Shown: positions 1-14,281, counted from the first letter of the whole stretch. The stretch is 59,348 nt of DNA, filler included, from Platydemus manokwari (GCA_037951405.1; 6 parts of 6 records of this genome joined end to end with filler, not necessarily neighbours in it), one strand, 5' to 3'. Notes: generated by a model from the letters alone, not told the origin. Numbers and translations are program-made.

Positions 1-3000
1 TTACATACCAATAAATTTAATTTATTAATGAATTTTTAATTCAAAAAAATTATAAAGGTTTGATGAAATATCATTGATAATAATTAATAAATAATAATGA
101 TAAATATAATGTTTATTAAATATGACTATCATGAATCAAACCATTTAAAAGAAATGATTAAATGCCTCCAAAATCAGATAGATTGATTTAATCTGATTTT
201 TTAAATGATTTGTTTATATCATTTCAATAATTAAACCAATTTTAAATAAAACGCCAACTACACTTATCGTCTAACCATTAAATCATGGCCTGTCATATTT
301 TATTATAGATTATGAATGATTGAATCTCCTATTTAGATTACTCGTGTGTTGATCAAGTGATGATCAGAAATTGATGAAAGATTTAGGAATTTGTACAAAA
401 AATAATTTATTTAAACAACAAGGATAATATTCTAATAAACCAAATAATAGCAATAATCATCTTAAATATTAATATTCATTTCATATTACTTTTACATGAA
501 ACCTAAATGTATCTAGAAATAAATTTGATCAAATTTTGAAATATTCCTCAAATTTTTATTTATGCTTTCAATTAAAGATATTTCCATGTTCTCTACAAAA
601 ATCCCAGTCAATGTAAATGGATTTCTGTTCTTTATTACATCAACTATGAGTTCTTGACTTTAAAAACTTCATCCTTTGAAATAGAATCAACAGAAAACAA
701 TAGCAAAATATAGATTCATGCATCGCAATAGAAGCATCGCAAAAGACTTTGAATTTCACTAATGAAAAATAGAATTGATGAGAAATGACGAGTAATTTTT
801 TGAAAATTTTTTTGCAATTTCTTAAATAAAATTATGAGTGGCAATTTGATTTGTAAAGATTTTTTACAAATAGTGAAAATTACGGTTATTTATTCCATAT
901 TATAATAAAGGTTTGAAATTAAATTATTTATTATCTTTCTTATAATAACCGGGGCAAGGGAAATGTCAATAAATAAATAATAATAATAATAATGAATACA
1001 AAATAAATAATTCACATGAATGGCCAAGCGTTTGTATAAACAAAAACTTTCATTTTTAAATCAAAATCATAATATGTTAAAAATCATAATTTAAAAAATA
1101 TATTTGTAAGATATAATTTTATTACTTAAACCATTATATCGGAATATTTAAATATCATTTGAAGAATCTTTGAAATCAAGTTAATTTGTTTATTTGAATT
1201 ATTTTTTCGGAGAAAATAACAAAGAAATGGAAACAATCTTCTTCAATACTTATAATGTGTTCCAATTCATATTCGATTTCTAGTTTTTTGAAAATTAATT
1301 TAAGTAATAATTCAGAATTGACAATCAGTCGTCCAATCTAAACACTAATCGTATTATGACAATCATAATTAAATATAGAGAATATGGTTTCATTTGGTAA
1401 TTACTTTCTGACTTATTTAACAAGAGATTGTCGGCGGTATATGCCGCTTGTTATAACTTAAAGAATAAAGTTGTAATTAATTTTATTATCTTTATTAGCA
1501 AATGTCAATAAGGGTTATTATCTTGTATGTCGGTGTCATTGCAATTGTAAATTCAAACTCAGGAAGATTATTTATAATTATTTGATCAATTATATCCAAT
1601 TTAACTCAAATTATGAGCTTTTAATTATTTCTTTTAAACAGACCGTAATCGTTTCTTTTATATTTTTTTGGAAAAAGTGCCGAAATATTCTTTGATCTTA
1701 TAACTGAATCATAAAAAGTAAATTTGATAATAAAAATAATTAAATGTAAAGTCTCACTTTCGAAAAGGAAAGTGAAGTAGTATGAAAATTAATTAAAATA
1801 TGAATGATCTTTTGTATTGTCGTTTAGACTTTTATCCGGTAAAAATTATTTCATGTCATTTTATTCATTTTGGAAATTTTAATAAAAACATTTCACCGAT
1901 ATTTTCATTGATTTTACAGAGAATTTAAAGTTGTATAGATTTAAACAGAGAAAAAGCATTTTTGCAATGAATTCAAAGATTTTCACGAAGACTGGCAAAT
2001 ACAAAAAATAAATGCTCAAAGATTTGGATGTTGTTAACAGTTGTCAGTTAGAATATGGTTAGAACGATTATATCGAGTAGGAAGGTAGCCATCATAAATC
2101 AATTGAATATGTTCTCTACAATTCCGTGGATTATCGGAACAGTTCTTGAGTAGTCATGGACGTAGATTACGATTCATAACATAAATAACTTATTTTAATT
2201 GGATAAAAATTCTTTACTAAATTTATCAATCTTTAAAATCGATAAAATTAGAAAATATAAATGTAACAGTAAATATCCATAATATCAAGAAAATTTAAAT
2301 AAATTCGATACATTGAGTAAATGATAAGAGACATAAATCCCCAGGAAGATTAATCGCATAAATAGGGGCTATATCAATGGTCAAAGCCATTAATTCGTAA
2401 GATACCACTAGCTCAACTCTTGTTTGTATACTTGGTTAAGTCTTATTTGCATCAATTTGTATATGCTCTTCGATTGGTGGACCATTTACCAATATGTCTA
2501 TAAGGCTATGTAAGTGATAATTTGTATAAGCTGCTGCTCTAAACTATAATCGTCGTTTATATTATATTATCTAGCTTTATTTCAAATTCCTGAATACATT
2601 GGATTTGTTCCAAGTGAATGGAGTCTAATTATCTTCTCTTGTTCCAAGAAGTTGATAAGGTTCTCGCAATAGGATTCAGTGTATATTGCATTTCAAAATC
2701 AATTTGTAACTTCTTATATTAGTGTTGTATTGGTAATTTGCCTACAATAAATGTTTTATTTATCGAGTGTTGGTTTTTAAATAATTAAAGTAAACTGAGA
2801 CTGTCAATAACACTGAGGTTTTGTAATAAGAGGCATCAAGGTTAAATTTTGATATTGAGACTTATAATAAGTTATAGGACATCGTTGCTACCCTTATAGT
2901 CTTTTTTACTCTTACAAGGTACATTTGCACATTAGGTCTTAACTAGAAAACTCACTGAGATCGATTGAGACAACTGTTATCCTATATTCAAATTCATTGA

Positions 3001-4483
3001 AAGGAATAGTTATAAAAGATTATCAGACCCAAACGCAACAATTGTATGCTACACAAGAGATCCCTGCTTTTTAAAGACAAAAGATAATAATTTTCTATAT
3101 TTTATTTCTAATTTAATGTCAGATTTTGTATTTGCCACCATTAATTTAGTCATTTCATCCTGGATTTTTAGAATTTTGTATATTTGTTATTTACTTATTC
3201 TTATCTTGAAATTTTTAAATTTCAATATTATTTCTTCCTAAAATAGTGTGTCATATTTTATGGTCTAGGTTGGAATTCACACAAGTATAAATCAATTTTC
3301 AAATACGTAAAGTCAATGATGATATAAACTGTTGATAAATCAATTATTACGGCAAATAGATATTCAATATTAAAAGAAATAATCACATACATTCAATGGA
3401 GATTCAAAATGAAATCCAATTCAACTTCAAATCGAAAGATAATTTCTGTAGGCAATCAGATTCCTTTAATATATCAATTCGCATTTAAAAGTCAATAATC
3501 GACTGACGCACATCAACAAATGGCAATAAACACCGACATTCTTAAATGGCACAAGAGATATAATAAATCGATGTATGAACGAATTTATGAAATGAAAAAC
3601 GAAACTCTGGGATATCAAGAGAGCACGCACCATGAGCTTATCAATGGAGTTGTATTTCATGAGCAACTGACAATCTTTTTAGGTCGCTTACCTTCATTCT
3701 GTTGTGAGACTTGTGCTATTTTTCTGACAGCTGGTTTTATTGGTTATCTTCTGTTCTGTACTAAACTTTCGGATGCTGACCCTGTCTTCAGTAATAATTT
3801 CTTATTGTGTTTTAGCCTGTATTTCTTTGAAATTTAAATTATAATTTTCAGATTTCATTGCTTGTTAAAATCTAACATTTCCAAAAATGATCATTCGATG
3901 TCAGATACAAAATTGAGAAAGAAATTTAGTGTGCTTATTTGCTTTGATGCACCAATCGGATTTGATCAAGCTTTCAGCCCTTTTGTACTTTTTAATTTTC
4001 AAGTTCATTTATATTTTCAAATTTATAAGGTGGATTCCTACAAAAAAATTATACCCGGTCATTTTAAATTAGGCCTTGATATTGGTGTGATTGCCTTATT
4101 GGAACGATAAATAATTATTAAAATGTTTATTTTCAATGACTTGATATACTAATCGAAATATCAAATACACTGAATATAAAAATCTATTTTTGTCCGTTTC
4201 TAGGAATATGAATCACTTTATGAATACTTCTAATGTTTATCTCCATCTGAAGGATAATTTTAAAAATTATTACTAAATATAATTATAACTGAAATTTATT
4301 CGAAAGATCCGTCACAGAAATCCAGTATATGTTATATTTTACATTAAAATGTACTGTTGTTTATAGTAAGTAAAATGTATCCATAAAGCAAACATGATGT
4401 CAAAAATACGAAACAAATATAATTGCGTTAAATCCGTTTTTTAAAACACATCACAATCGAATATTAAGAAAAATGCAATGTTT

Positions 4484-5227
4484 TTATTTATCCAAAACAA
4501 TTGTTTCAAAGTTGACAAAACAACCGAACTCATTTGAAAGACGATTCTCATGTTTTGGTTCAAAATTTTTGCATTGAGTCACCTCGAGTAACTTGAAAGC
4601 TAATTCTTGTTGTATTTTACCTAAATATATTAATGAAATGAACCTATTGCATTATAAACAAACCGGTGCACAGAATAATTTTTGTAGAACAATTTTGTTT
4701 TGACAACCATTTCACCGTTTCACTTGTTTTTGTCAGACACTCTTCGCTGAGAAATGGTGGATCAAGGATAATAATATCGAATTGACCTTCGAGTGAAGAT
4801 GGCAAATCTAATGGTGCGTTGTAATCATATTTAAAAAATTCAGGATAACGATTGAATCTTGAATCAAATTCTAGAAGAGTGGAAGAAATATTTTTTTCGA
4901 CTAACTTCATGTGCAATGTTGGACAACTTATGCACACAATCCTACAAAGAAATCAAATATGGTGGGAAAAAGTATTTAATACTTAGAAAAGTCATTTTTT
5001 TGAATTATAACTTCTTCTGCTAGTTTTTCCGTTGTCTCATTGTTGTACCAAAATTGCGACAATTGCTGATTTTTAAAGTAAATTCAAAATAAGCATTATA
5101 TAAAAATATGCACCCAATTTTCTGAGATATTTGCTTCATCTAGTTGTTCTTTTTCTTTTAAAAATTGAGATAAAGCTAATAAAGTATCTGAAGATAAAAA
5201 CAAGTCTTCATCATTGTTAAAATACAT
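4484..5227 (-). CDS. EEF1AKMT1: EEF1A lysine methyltransferase 1 (N6AMT2), complete, 4 exons, ~203 aa
   Basis: Exons 5227-5114, 5065-4983, 4941-4664 and 4620-4484 are joined by GT-AG introns of 48/41/43 nt with matching phases. The protein has LSSDTLLALSQF, ENW|QLSQFWY, CISCPTL, LLEFDSRF, FFKYDYNAP, DPPFLSEECLTKT, IILCTG and PKHENRLSNEF, all typical of this family. Confidence 0.95.
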
Positions 5228-7646
5228 GGCGCTTAGGATCTTAATATTTAAACAACAATATTTTATTGCTGGTTCAATAACTTAACTTTTTTTAAAATTA
5301 ACATTTCACAATTTTTAATTAACAAATTTAATAAATGATTTAAAATAAATTTTATTAACATTAATTTAATAAATAATTTTCTGGTTGAAATCAAATGAAA
5401 TTTCGGTCAAGATTAAGAGATATTTTTTACAGAAATATAGTATCAGAATAAATCATTAATAATTTAAAAGTTTACGATTTATCGATATATTTTATAATCT
5501 TTGTACATAATTATAATTATTAACTAATTTAATAATTTTTAAAAACAATGTCAAAGCTAGTTGGAAGATACGTTAAATAGACCACTGGGATCTCATAATC
5601 TTTGAGCACTTTTTTGTATGGCCATTTCTATCATTATCCTCTTTTTTCTTTCGTGGTATTAAGATTTTGTAAAAATTGTTAAAATCATCAGTGCTAGTCA
5701 TTATTCAATCAATTTTAATGCATATAGTGTCATATGTGTTCAAGGTTGTTAGCACAAAGATCAATCAACTTATGGTGACCGGAAAAATGACAAATGATGA
5801 TCGTCCGCTTCACTTAATATATCTAAATGCCCTAATTACAACCACAAACTATTTTACCAGAAAAACAGTACCTAGAATTGATGAAGTACAAACGTGTCTG
5901 ATCAAATTAAATGGAATAAATCAACTAATAATAGTGGACAATAATACTAGTGCATACTGATAAGGTACTTATAATTGCATATAGCATACATAATTAAAAA
6001 TAATAAAAAATTTAAAAGATTATATTTCTGTTTCTGGCACACACTTTTATCAATATTAAAACAAATGATTTCATACAATACGACTTTAAGATATTTAAAA
6101 TATTATTTTAAACATTTAGATACGTTTATATAAAATGTTTCACATTAGACCCAACTTGGATAAATTAGTTTACACAAGGATTTTTCAACAAAAGAATTTT
6201 AGAGATGAATCGAGAAATATTCACCTCTACTAGCTTCTTTTATTTAAAATAAATATTTGAAATATAATATAGATAATTCACAGTTGATTGTATTTACCTA
6301 CTTTTTAAATCAGTATTCAACAATCAAGTCAATTAATATTTTAAGTCTCACTTGTGTAGGTTTCTCACCCCACTGTTTTTCACACTAGTATTCATAGAGC
6401 TAAATCTTGGATTCCGGTTGTTTAATCAAAAATTTGGTATTATTTATTTTTATTATTTGAAAATCTTTGTTATTTAATCTTTTATTTCTGTTGCTGGTGT
6501 CATAGATTTTACAGATAATTGAGGGACAGCTGTTTCTTAATTAATATGTCTCGGTTTTACATTATCTTCTAAAATATATTTGATTAGTTCAATATTTATA
6601 TTTTCTGGGATTTTTCAAAAACTCTTAAATTTTTATTTGTATCTTCCATTGCTAATTGCTGCCTAGCTTGATTTTGAATATCGGGTTCTAAAAGTTATTT
6701 AGAAAATTTAGTGATACCTTGACTTAATAAAAATATTAGAATATTGTTTTTCTTTAGCCTCTTTATTTAATTTATTTTTTAAAGCCATAATTTTTCTCAA
6801 TTCCTCAATTATTTTATAGCTGTCATAATAATTAATACCCATCTTTTAAACATATTAAAAGTTTTTCATACATCATCCATCATCATCATTTTACTATATT
6901 TTTTTTGCGGATGTCTCGGAGAATAAATGAGGGTACTGATAAAATGTTTTTTTAGGTTTGCCGTCACTATCTGATAGTCCCTTTCACTGACAGTATTGCG
7001 ACTGTAAATCGGCAATCTCATTCATTGAATAAAATTTACAATGATTAACTAATTGTTTTTTATAAACTTTCGAAACATTTCACAATATTTGCTTTATCTT
7101 AATAAATTATAATTTCTAGTGACCCATTTTACGTATTATAATCCTATTTTTGAGAAGAAAGCCAATAATTATTTACTTATAGCTACATTTATAATTTCAC
7201 AAATAAAACTTTTAGCCGTAATTTACTATTAATAAATATCTTGATTTCTGAATCATGCGAAATGTCATGTTTTGATGTTATATTATATTACCTTATCAAT
7301 TATTTATAAACTAAATTTGTTAAAGATTAGTGAATGTCAAAATGTGTTCCCAAAAATGTTTATTTAAGAATATTTATTTTTATTATTTTAAACCAAATCA
7401 AATTGTTAAGTGTTAAAATTTTAAGCCTAATTTTTAATATACATGGTTAAGGCACAACATCAATTTAAAATGATGTGATAAAAATTTGATTTTGCACATT
7501 CATTACGACAAAATCTTTTTTCTCCTGTAGAATCTTTTATTAATATTTAAATAGTATATAAATTCATTTATTTAAATAATTTTCTATGTAGCGGTCATTT
7601 CAAATTATTTTTGAATTTACATTTTTGTATTATTTTTTATCTAAGA

Positions 7647-9158
7647 ATGAATAAGGCGAAAAATGTTTCTGATAATTTACAGTTGACAAATGGGGTGAAT
7701 AATTTCGAAACCAACATTAGTGGTGTTGAGGCTACAAAATTTGCATCATTTATCAGAGAACAAACGAACACAAATGGTCATCTCAATACATGTTAGTTTT
7801 TTTTTTCAGAGATTTTCTAGTTATAGATATAAATAATTTATATTAGATACAAAAAAAGTAATTTCTGAAACAGCAGGATTGAATTTGACTAACTTAAGAA
7901 TGTATAAGTTTGACAAATTATCCAAAGAAGAAATAGTTCTTATTTTGTCTAAATGTGTTATACAAGTTACTGGTAACGAAAGATTGTTAATTTTATGGTT
8001 TTACTGCTTTTTTAAAATATATAGATGAAATGATTATACTTAACAAACCAAATGGAATATCTGTTCAAGGTTATGAAATACATTGTTAAATACATTTAAA
8101 TATTTGAAATATAAATAGATGGTAAGAGTCAGAATATTTCAATAGTGGAACTTCTTAAAGATTTGTCTCGTGTATTACATTTAAAAGAATGTCTTCAAGT
8201 TGTTCACAGATTAGATAAAGATACTACTGGAGTTTTAATTCTCGCCAAGTAATTATGAAAATGTGAATTATTTGAACACGATGAATTACATAAGTTTTAT
8301 ATTCAATTAAATAATATTTATATATTTTGGAATCAAGTTTATTTATATAAATTAAATGGTATAATTATTGAGGAAATCAAGAAATATTGTATTTAATTGA
8401 ATGTAGAATTTTTATATTTGTAGAAATCCAGAAATTGCTTTCAAGTTAAGAGAAGCATTTAAAAAGGGTCAAATTCGAAAGAACTATCTTTGTTTAACCC
8501 ATGGTTTGCAAACTCCCCGTGAAGGAATAATTGATTTCATGTTAAAGGAAAAAGAGGTTGATGGTAATGTTGTGGTGAGTGCTATTTACAATAGGAAACA
8601 ATGGATTTGTACAATAAATTTATATTACAGATTATGCCCGATATGAGTTATGTTAAAAAATCTGAACAACAAAAAGCAAAAGCCAATACGATTCGCACTG
8701 CATATAAAAAGCTGTGTTCGAATTATAATATAGCTCTTGTTCAATGTGCTATGGTTTCTGGTGTCAAGCATCAAGTGAGAGCTCATTTAGCATTCGGTCT
8801 CGAAACACCAATTATCGGTGACCATAAGTATTCTTGGTTGATTAAATCGACGAAATTTCCAATCTTACCACAAGTTTTGAGTGAACCAGCTTTGAAAGGA
8901 TTGAAAATCGAACCAGGAAAAGTTCGACATTTACCTGTTTACTTGCATGCTCATCAGATATTTATCGGTGATCCACCATTGAATAATGGGTTTGATGGTA
9001 AAGCGAATTTGGCGTGTCCAAATCGACCCATCTATCCTTGTCATTTACCGTATTATCAAGCTTATGCTAATTTGCCACCATTTTTTGTCAAAACCTTGCA
9101 AATGTTGAAACTTTATAATTTAAAATTTTTGAAAGGAGCTTTGAAGAATATTTTATAA
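7647..9158 (+). CDS. RPUSD4: RluA-family mitochondrial pseudouridine synthase, RPUSD4-like, 6 exons, ~374 aa (a short extra 5' exon is possible)
   Basis: Exons 7647-7791, 7847-7972, 8025-8069, 8119-8248, 8424-8574 and 8631-9158 splice in frame at GT-AG sites. Motifs: ILNKPNGISVQ, catalytic VHRLDKDTTGV, SGVKHQVRAHLAFGLETPIIGDHKYS and LHAHQI. Confidence 0.9.
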
Positions 9159-9302
9159 AGGAAGAAATATAGGTTTGTCTTATTTATAATTATTTCTTTA
9201 TCAATTCATTATCGGTGTTTGGCTGAAAGCATTTTTAAATTGTTAAACAAGTTAGTAAACAATAATAATAATTGTGATGTTAGCAAAGTGGTGATTATAT
9301 CA

Positions 9303-9402
9303 NNNNNNNNNNNNNNNNNNNNNNNNNNNNNNNNNNNNNNNNNNNNTTAATTAATTAANNNNNNNNNNNNNNNNNNNNNNNNNNNNNNNNNNNNNNNNNN
9401 NN
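9303..9402. other. Artificial contig-join spacer
   Basis: 44 N + TTAATTAATTAA (stops in all six frames) + 44 N. Confidence 0.97.
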
Positions 9403-9470
<68 letters not shown>

Positions 9471-9475
9471 TATTA
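9403..9475. repeat. (TTA)n microsatellite at contig start
   Basis: About 24 TTA units, read directly. Confidence 0.95.
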
Positions 9476-12400
9476 ATTAATTAATTAACTTGTAATTAAA
9501 AATAACCACATTCTTCTTGATTTACAATCTTTGATTTTCTATTAAATTGCAATTTATTTCAGTATCGAATCATTTAAATATCGCTATAAATGAAAATCTC
9601 TATTCCTTCTCTCTACTTTATATTTTCTTCATAAAATCTTGAAATCTCTATTATATATTCTTTACATTTTCATTATATTTCCTTTTTATTCTCTCAATAA
9701 CTCCTTTTATCTCCCTCTTATCTTTACTTTATTCTATACATGTTCTATATCATCCTTAAACTTTTAATATTTATTCTCCTAGTTTTATTTCTTCCCACCT
9801 ATACTTTCATATCATACACCTTGTCAGGACGAATCCAAATCAATGGTTACCATATCAACCGCTATTATTTGATAAAGGGCATATTAGAAACGATTTAAAC
9901 ACAACTTTTTGTCAAATAGATATCTGTTAAAATGAAAACCATCATGATGCCTCTCTTTGCTATTATTGATATTATAATATTATTATTATCGATTTTGAGA
10001 TTTGTTTGTATTGAATTTCGTTTGTTAAGGAAATCAATATCCGCTAAATAGTAATTTATTTAAATAAAATCCCAAAATTGAAAGATTTAAACTACAAAAA
10101 ATAGCGCTAAACATAATCTCATTGGAATTTGTGGAAAATGTCATCTTTTATTAAACGCCAGATCCATCTGTTTCCAGTTCGATAAGTAGCATTACTCTCA
10201 CTGAAATAATTTTCGTTGCAGAGTAGTAGCCCACCGACTTATTAATTCATTTTCATTTTCTTTCAATCTCTGTAAAAAAAAATAATCACCGATGAAAATT
10301 TTCTCCATGGTTAAGAAATTGCGGTTTGTTTTAAAAAACATCTCATTGGTTGGCTAATCCAACCTTTAATAAAGTTCATGGAATTTGTGCGAAAACCTCT
10401 ACCCTATGTATCCACTAAATAAATTGTTTTCATTCACTTCTCCATGGAAATGAAGAATAAAATTTCACACAGATTCTCGCACATTATCAATTTATTTTTA
10501 TAAATTTCTTTGTCGAAATAATCGATGCAAGAACAAGAAATTTTTCATTAATCTTATTGAAGTAATAATAAATATTATGATTAGGAAAACTGACAACACG
10601 AAGCAAAATAACTCAAAAGAAAATACCATCATGACAAAAACGAAAACCAATGAAAATATTGCCGGTGTATTATTGTGAAATATATTTACGTTAATCTTTT
10701 TTCTAACGCGATCATATAAAACGGTAAAAAGACAAAGGAGATTTTCATTACAATTGACAGATTGAACTCAACGTGATGGGTTGGGAATTTGAGAAAATCT
10801 TTTCGTAACGAGAATAGGATGAAGTAAATAATATTTCAATGTCAGTTTCATTCATAATTTCATTGAGTGAAACAGTTACAATGAATTTCCAATGACTACT
10901 ACATCAACAAGAAAACATTTATCCTCATCAACATTAGTGAACATTGTTTTTGTTATTATCGTACGGTAATTAGCGGTTTTTTTGTTTTGTTTGGGATTTT
11001 GTTTATAATATTGATGATTGTCGCTTTCATCGTATTTTTAATAATTGGGATGACGCCAACAGAAAATCAATTTCAAGCACTCTGTCGTTTCTATGATAAT
11101 AGGTTGCTATGGTTTCGAGAATTATCGAATCATAGTAAGAATTAATCATATCCATTATTATTAGATTAAAAAGAAATTAAAATGTTGCAGTACTACTATT
11201 TTAATAGAAATTTTTAATTTCGATGTCAAGCCCAGTTGTACTCGCATACACACACACATTTCTAGAGCAATTTATACGCTTTTGTTTTACCGGGTTCGAA
11301 AATAAATGGATATTTTAATTGCTGGGTAACTTTGAAATTGAGAGCACCTTTGCAAAAGGTTAAATTGATAAAATAATTTTAAAAAAAATAGATAAATTTC
11401 CATTGCCGAGGGAGAAAAGGGCCCAACTGATCAAATGTAATGATTTTCCACACCCGAAAGCAATTTATTATACCCAGGATTTTCCCTTATCTCAAATATC
11501 GATTATTACATTCTCATTTTCATATGCGTTTTGACGAGAATATTAGCATCATTTTATCATCATCATCATCATTTTTTATTTTTGCTCATAATTGACCCAA
11601 TGAATGAAAAAAAAAACCGATCCAGTTTTTATTTATTAATGTTTTTTTTGTTTTAAATATGCAAATAAATTCTAGCCAATAGCGACATTTATAAAATATT
11701 TATGAGAATAGCCTAAAATCGATTTTATCTTGATGGAAATTTCTCATTTGAAGTGCTAGTACCTCATTAACTATCATTCATAATTCCATAATTATTTTTT
11801 ATCCGCATTTGTTTTCCTTTTGAATTTCAACTGTTTCTGGTAATAATTAACGCCGATTTTTATTTGGGGAAAATGAATTTGCATAATGCGGCTTCGGTTA
11901 TGGTTTGTTGAGGCTTCGAAACATGCACACACACATTTTTGTTTGGTTATCTCGTTCAAACCTTAAATAGAAGAAAGAAAAATTTCCAATTAAGGTTTGA
12001 ATTGTGAATTCGATGAGTCTAAATATTGATTAAAATGAATAATTTCGATTATCGTCGTGAATTTATTCAATTATCAGATTGCTTGGGTTGATTTCCTTAG
12101 TGTGGGATACTTGTCCAACCTTTAACGGTGTCGGTATCGGTATAATTAGACAGATTATGAAACCATTGACGATCATGTTTCTATCGGTCTTAGTATCCTA
12201 AATACGAGTCCTGTTGTAAATTCTTATTATTTTTCTACATAATAATTGCATTGTAATAACATTATGAGTTTGTGTGCGGGATTATTATCAACCAGAAATA
12301 GTTCCTGTCTTAAGTAAGAATTAATCTAATTATCTGTGAGTTCTTCTTAAAGTAGAGCAAATTAAAATGTTAAACCGAATTAATGATATCATTTATGAGA

Positions 12401-13339
12401 GCAATATTTATTCGTCATTGCGAATTTGTTTTATTTATCACCTCAATTGTTTGTTTGCTTGATTCGCATGCTGTGACTTAGTTAGCTCATACTTAAACGT
12501 ATTTAAATAGATTTGTGTATTACTGTCAATAATGTGGAGAACCTTGATAAGATCGACTTATTTAAACTAGGTTCTCTGACGAATGTTTTACATTCTGATA
12601 TGATTTTGGTATTCACAATCATTACAAGCCTTCACCAGCTTCGGTTTATACTTGATCTGTATTTTTATCATGTTCCAATTTTCCGTCAATCGCTTCAGAA
12701 TAAATTGTTAGCATAAACAATTTCAGCTAAAATTTCCATGAATTTCCGTGTCCAAAAAGATTATATTTTCATAATCTCGCATTTCTTAAATAATTCTTTT
12801 TAGTAATCTTCACAACCTAATTGTCCAGCCGCTAGGTAGGCAAATAATCAAGAGGAGATATAAATGTGCAATTGGCTATTGAAGTACTAACTAGTATATG
12901 AGGTTAGCATATAGATGAGAGTTGCAATTTGAAAAAAGCACATTGAGAAATCACGGATACCAACAAAGTATTTTTCTTAATAATACAAATTTGATCACAA
13001 AGTGAATGAACGGCATATTAGAGCAAAGAAACAGCTAAAACAGAATGAAGTAATAAGTAACTCGATAAATTCAAAGAAGGAAGAGACAAGAATCTAATAC
13101 TATATTCTAATATCCATGTCTTGTTTCAACAAATCATAGTTTTCGTATTGATTCCACAGATTTGTCACTTATATCCAAGCATAAACATGTTCAAATATGA
13201 GATTTACACGCCTCCAATATTTAGATTATTTTTGTATCCAGAGCATATCTTTATTTTTGGCCATATTCCAAGCGCACAAATAACGATATCTTGATACTCG
13301 AACTAACCTACATATTGCCACAAAAGTTTCTTATGATTG

Positions 13340-14281
13340 TCATAAATTGCTTTCGATTTTACTGTCCATGATTTTATATTTGGTTCTCTCAATTCTTTTG
13401 ATTTCGGCATAAATTCCATGGCAAAAATATTGTAAAAAATCGTACAATGGATCAACATTGTATCGCTTATCATTATAATATCGATTATCGCCTCTCAAAT
13501 CCACATGGATGACAGTATTTATTATCCTAGTGTTTTTATTTGTAAAGTGTATCGAGTAGATGAATTATAGATGGATTTTAGTGATTCATATACGAGAATT
13601 ATTTTCTTTTCTTTCATTCTTTATTTTCTTGAATCCAAATTTCACAAACCAAATTCAATTTATGATTTTTAAGAAAATATTATTCCATTATAAATAGGTT
13701 GCTATGGAAGAAGAAACAAATGAACTCAGTGTGATTGTCATGGTTTATGAATTGATTGGAAACCTCCAAAATGAGAGAATAGACTATTATTAATATATTT
13801 TTTTAATTTTTATCTATTTTTTCAAATTGTGTTTTCAATAGTTGATACAAATATATTATTTTTTCTGATTTTATACATAACGGTATATTATCGTATATAT
13901 TAGCATTGATATTATTAGGATGCAGAATAAAATATGATCTTATAAAGTTATTTAATTGATTTGTTCGTAAGTTTTGGGTTTAAACGAAGAGATTTTTATA
14001 AAATACTGCAAGGGTTGAAAGGATTGCTGATAGCTAATCCATCAATCAATATTTTCCATCGTTCTTGTTACCCATCACTTCCTAATGGATTCACAAATTC
14101 GCCATTGATGATTTCTCTTATTAATTTTGAATTGGAATCCCGGACGATTTTCTTAATTAAAAAGCAAATGATGATTGGATAACATATATTTTCAAAATGT
14201 GCTGAATCCAATACAATGTTAACATACCATTTATCTGTGAAAAATAAATTAATTTTGTATTTATCAACTTGGTATTGATCT
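13340..14281 (-). CDS. Last two exons of an unrecognised gene (~131 aa visible)
   Basis: Exon 14281-14072 (acceptor tctgtag, donor GG|gtaac, phase 2) joins exon 13526-13340 (acceptor cactag) in frame. Open stretches of 70 and 62 codons are unlikely by chance at this AT content. No family recognised with confidence. Confidence 0.55.

Noticed and set aside
9347-9358. Periodic TTAATTAATTAA palindromes about every 10 kb as a biological signal
   Set aside because: Each is centred in exactly 88 N; this is a six-frame stop linker added during assembly.
13095-13340. Protein-like continuation of the orphan last exon beyond its TGA
   Set aside because: The number of stops over about 80 codons is close to what random sequence of this composition gives.
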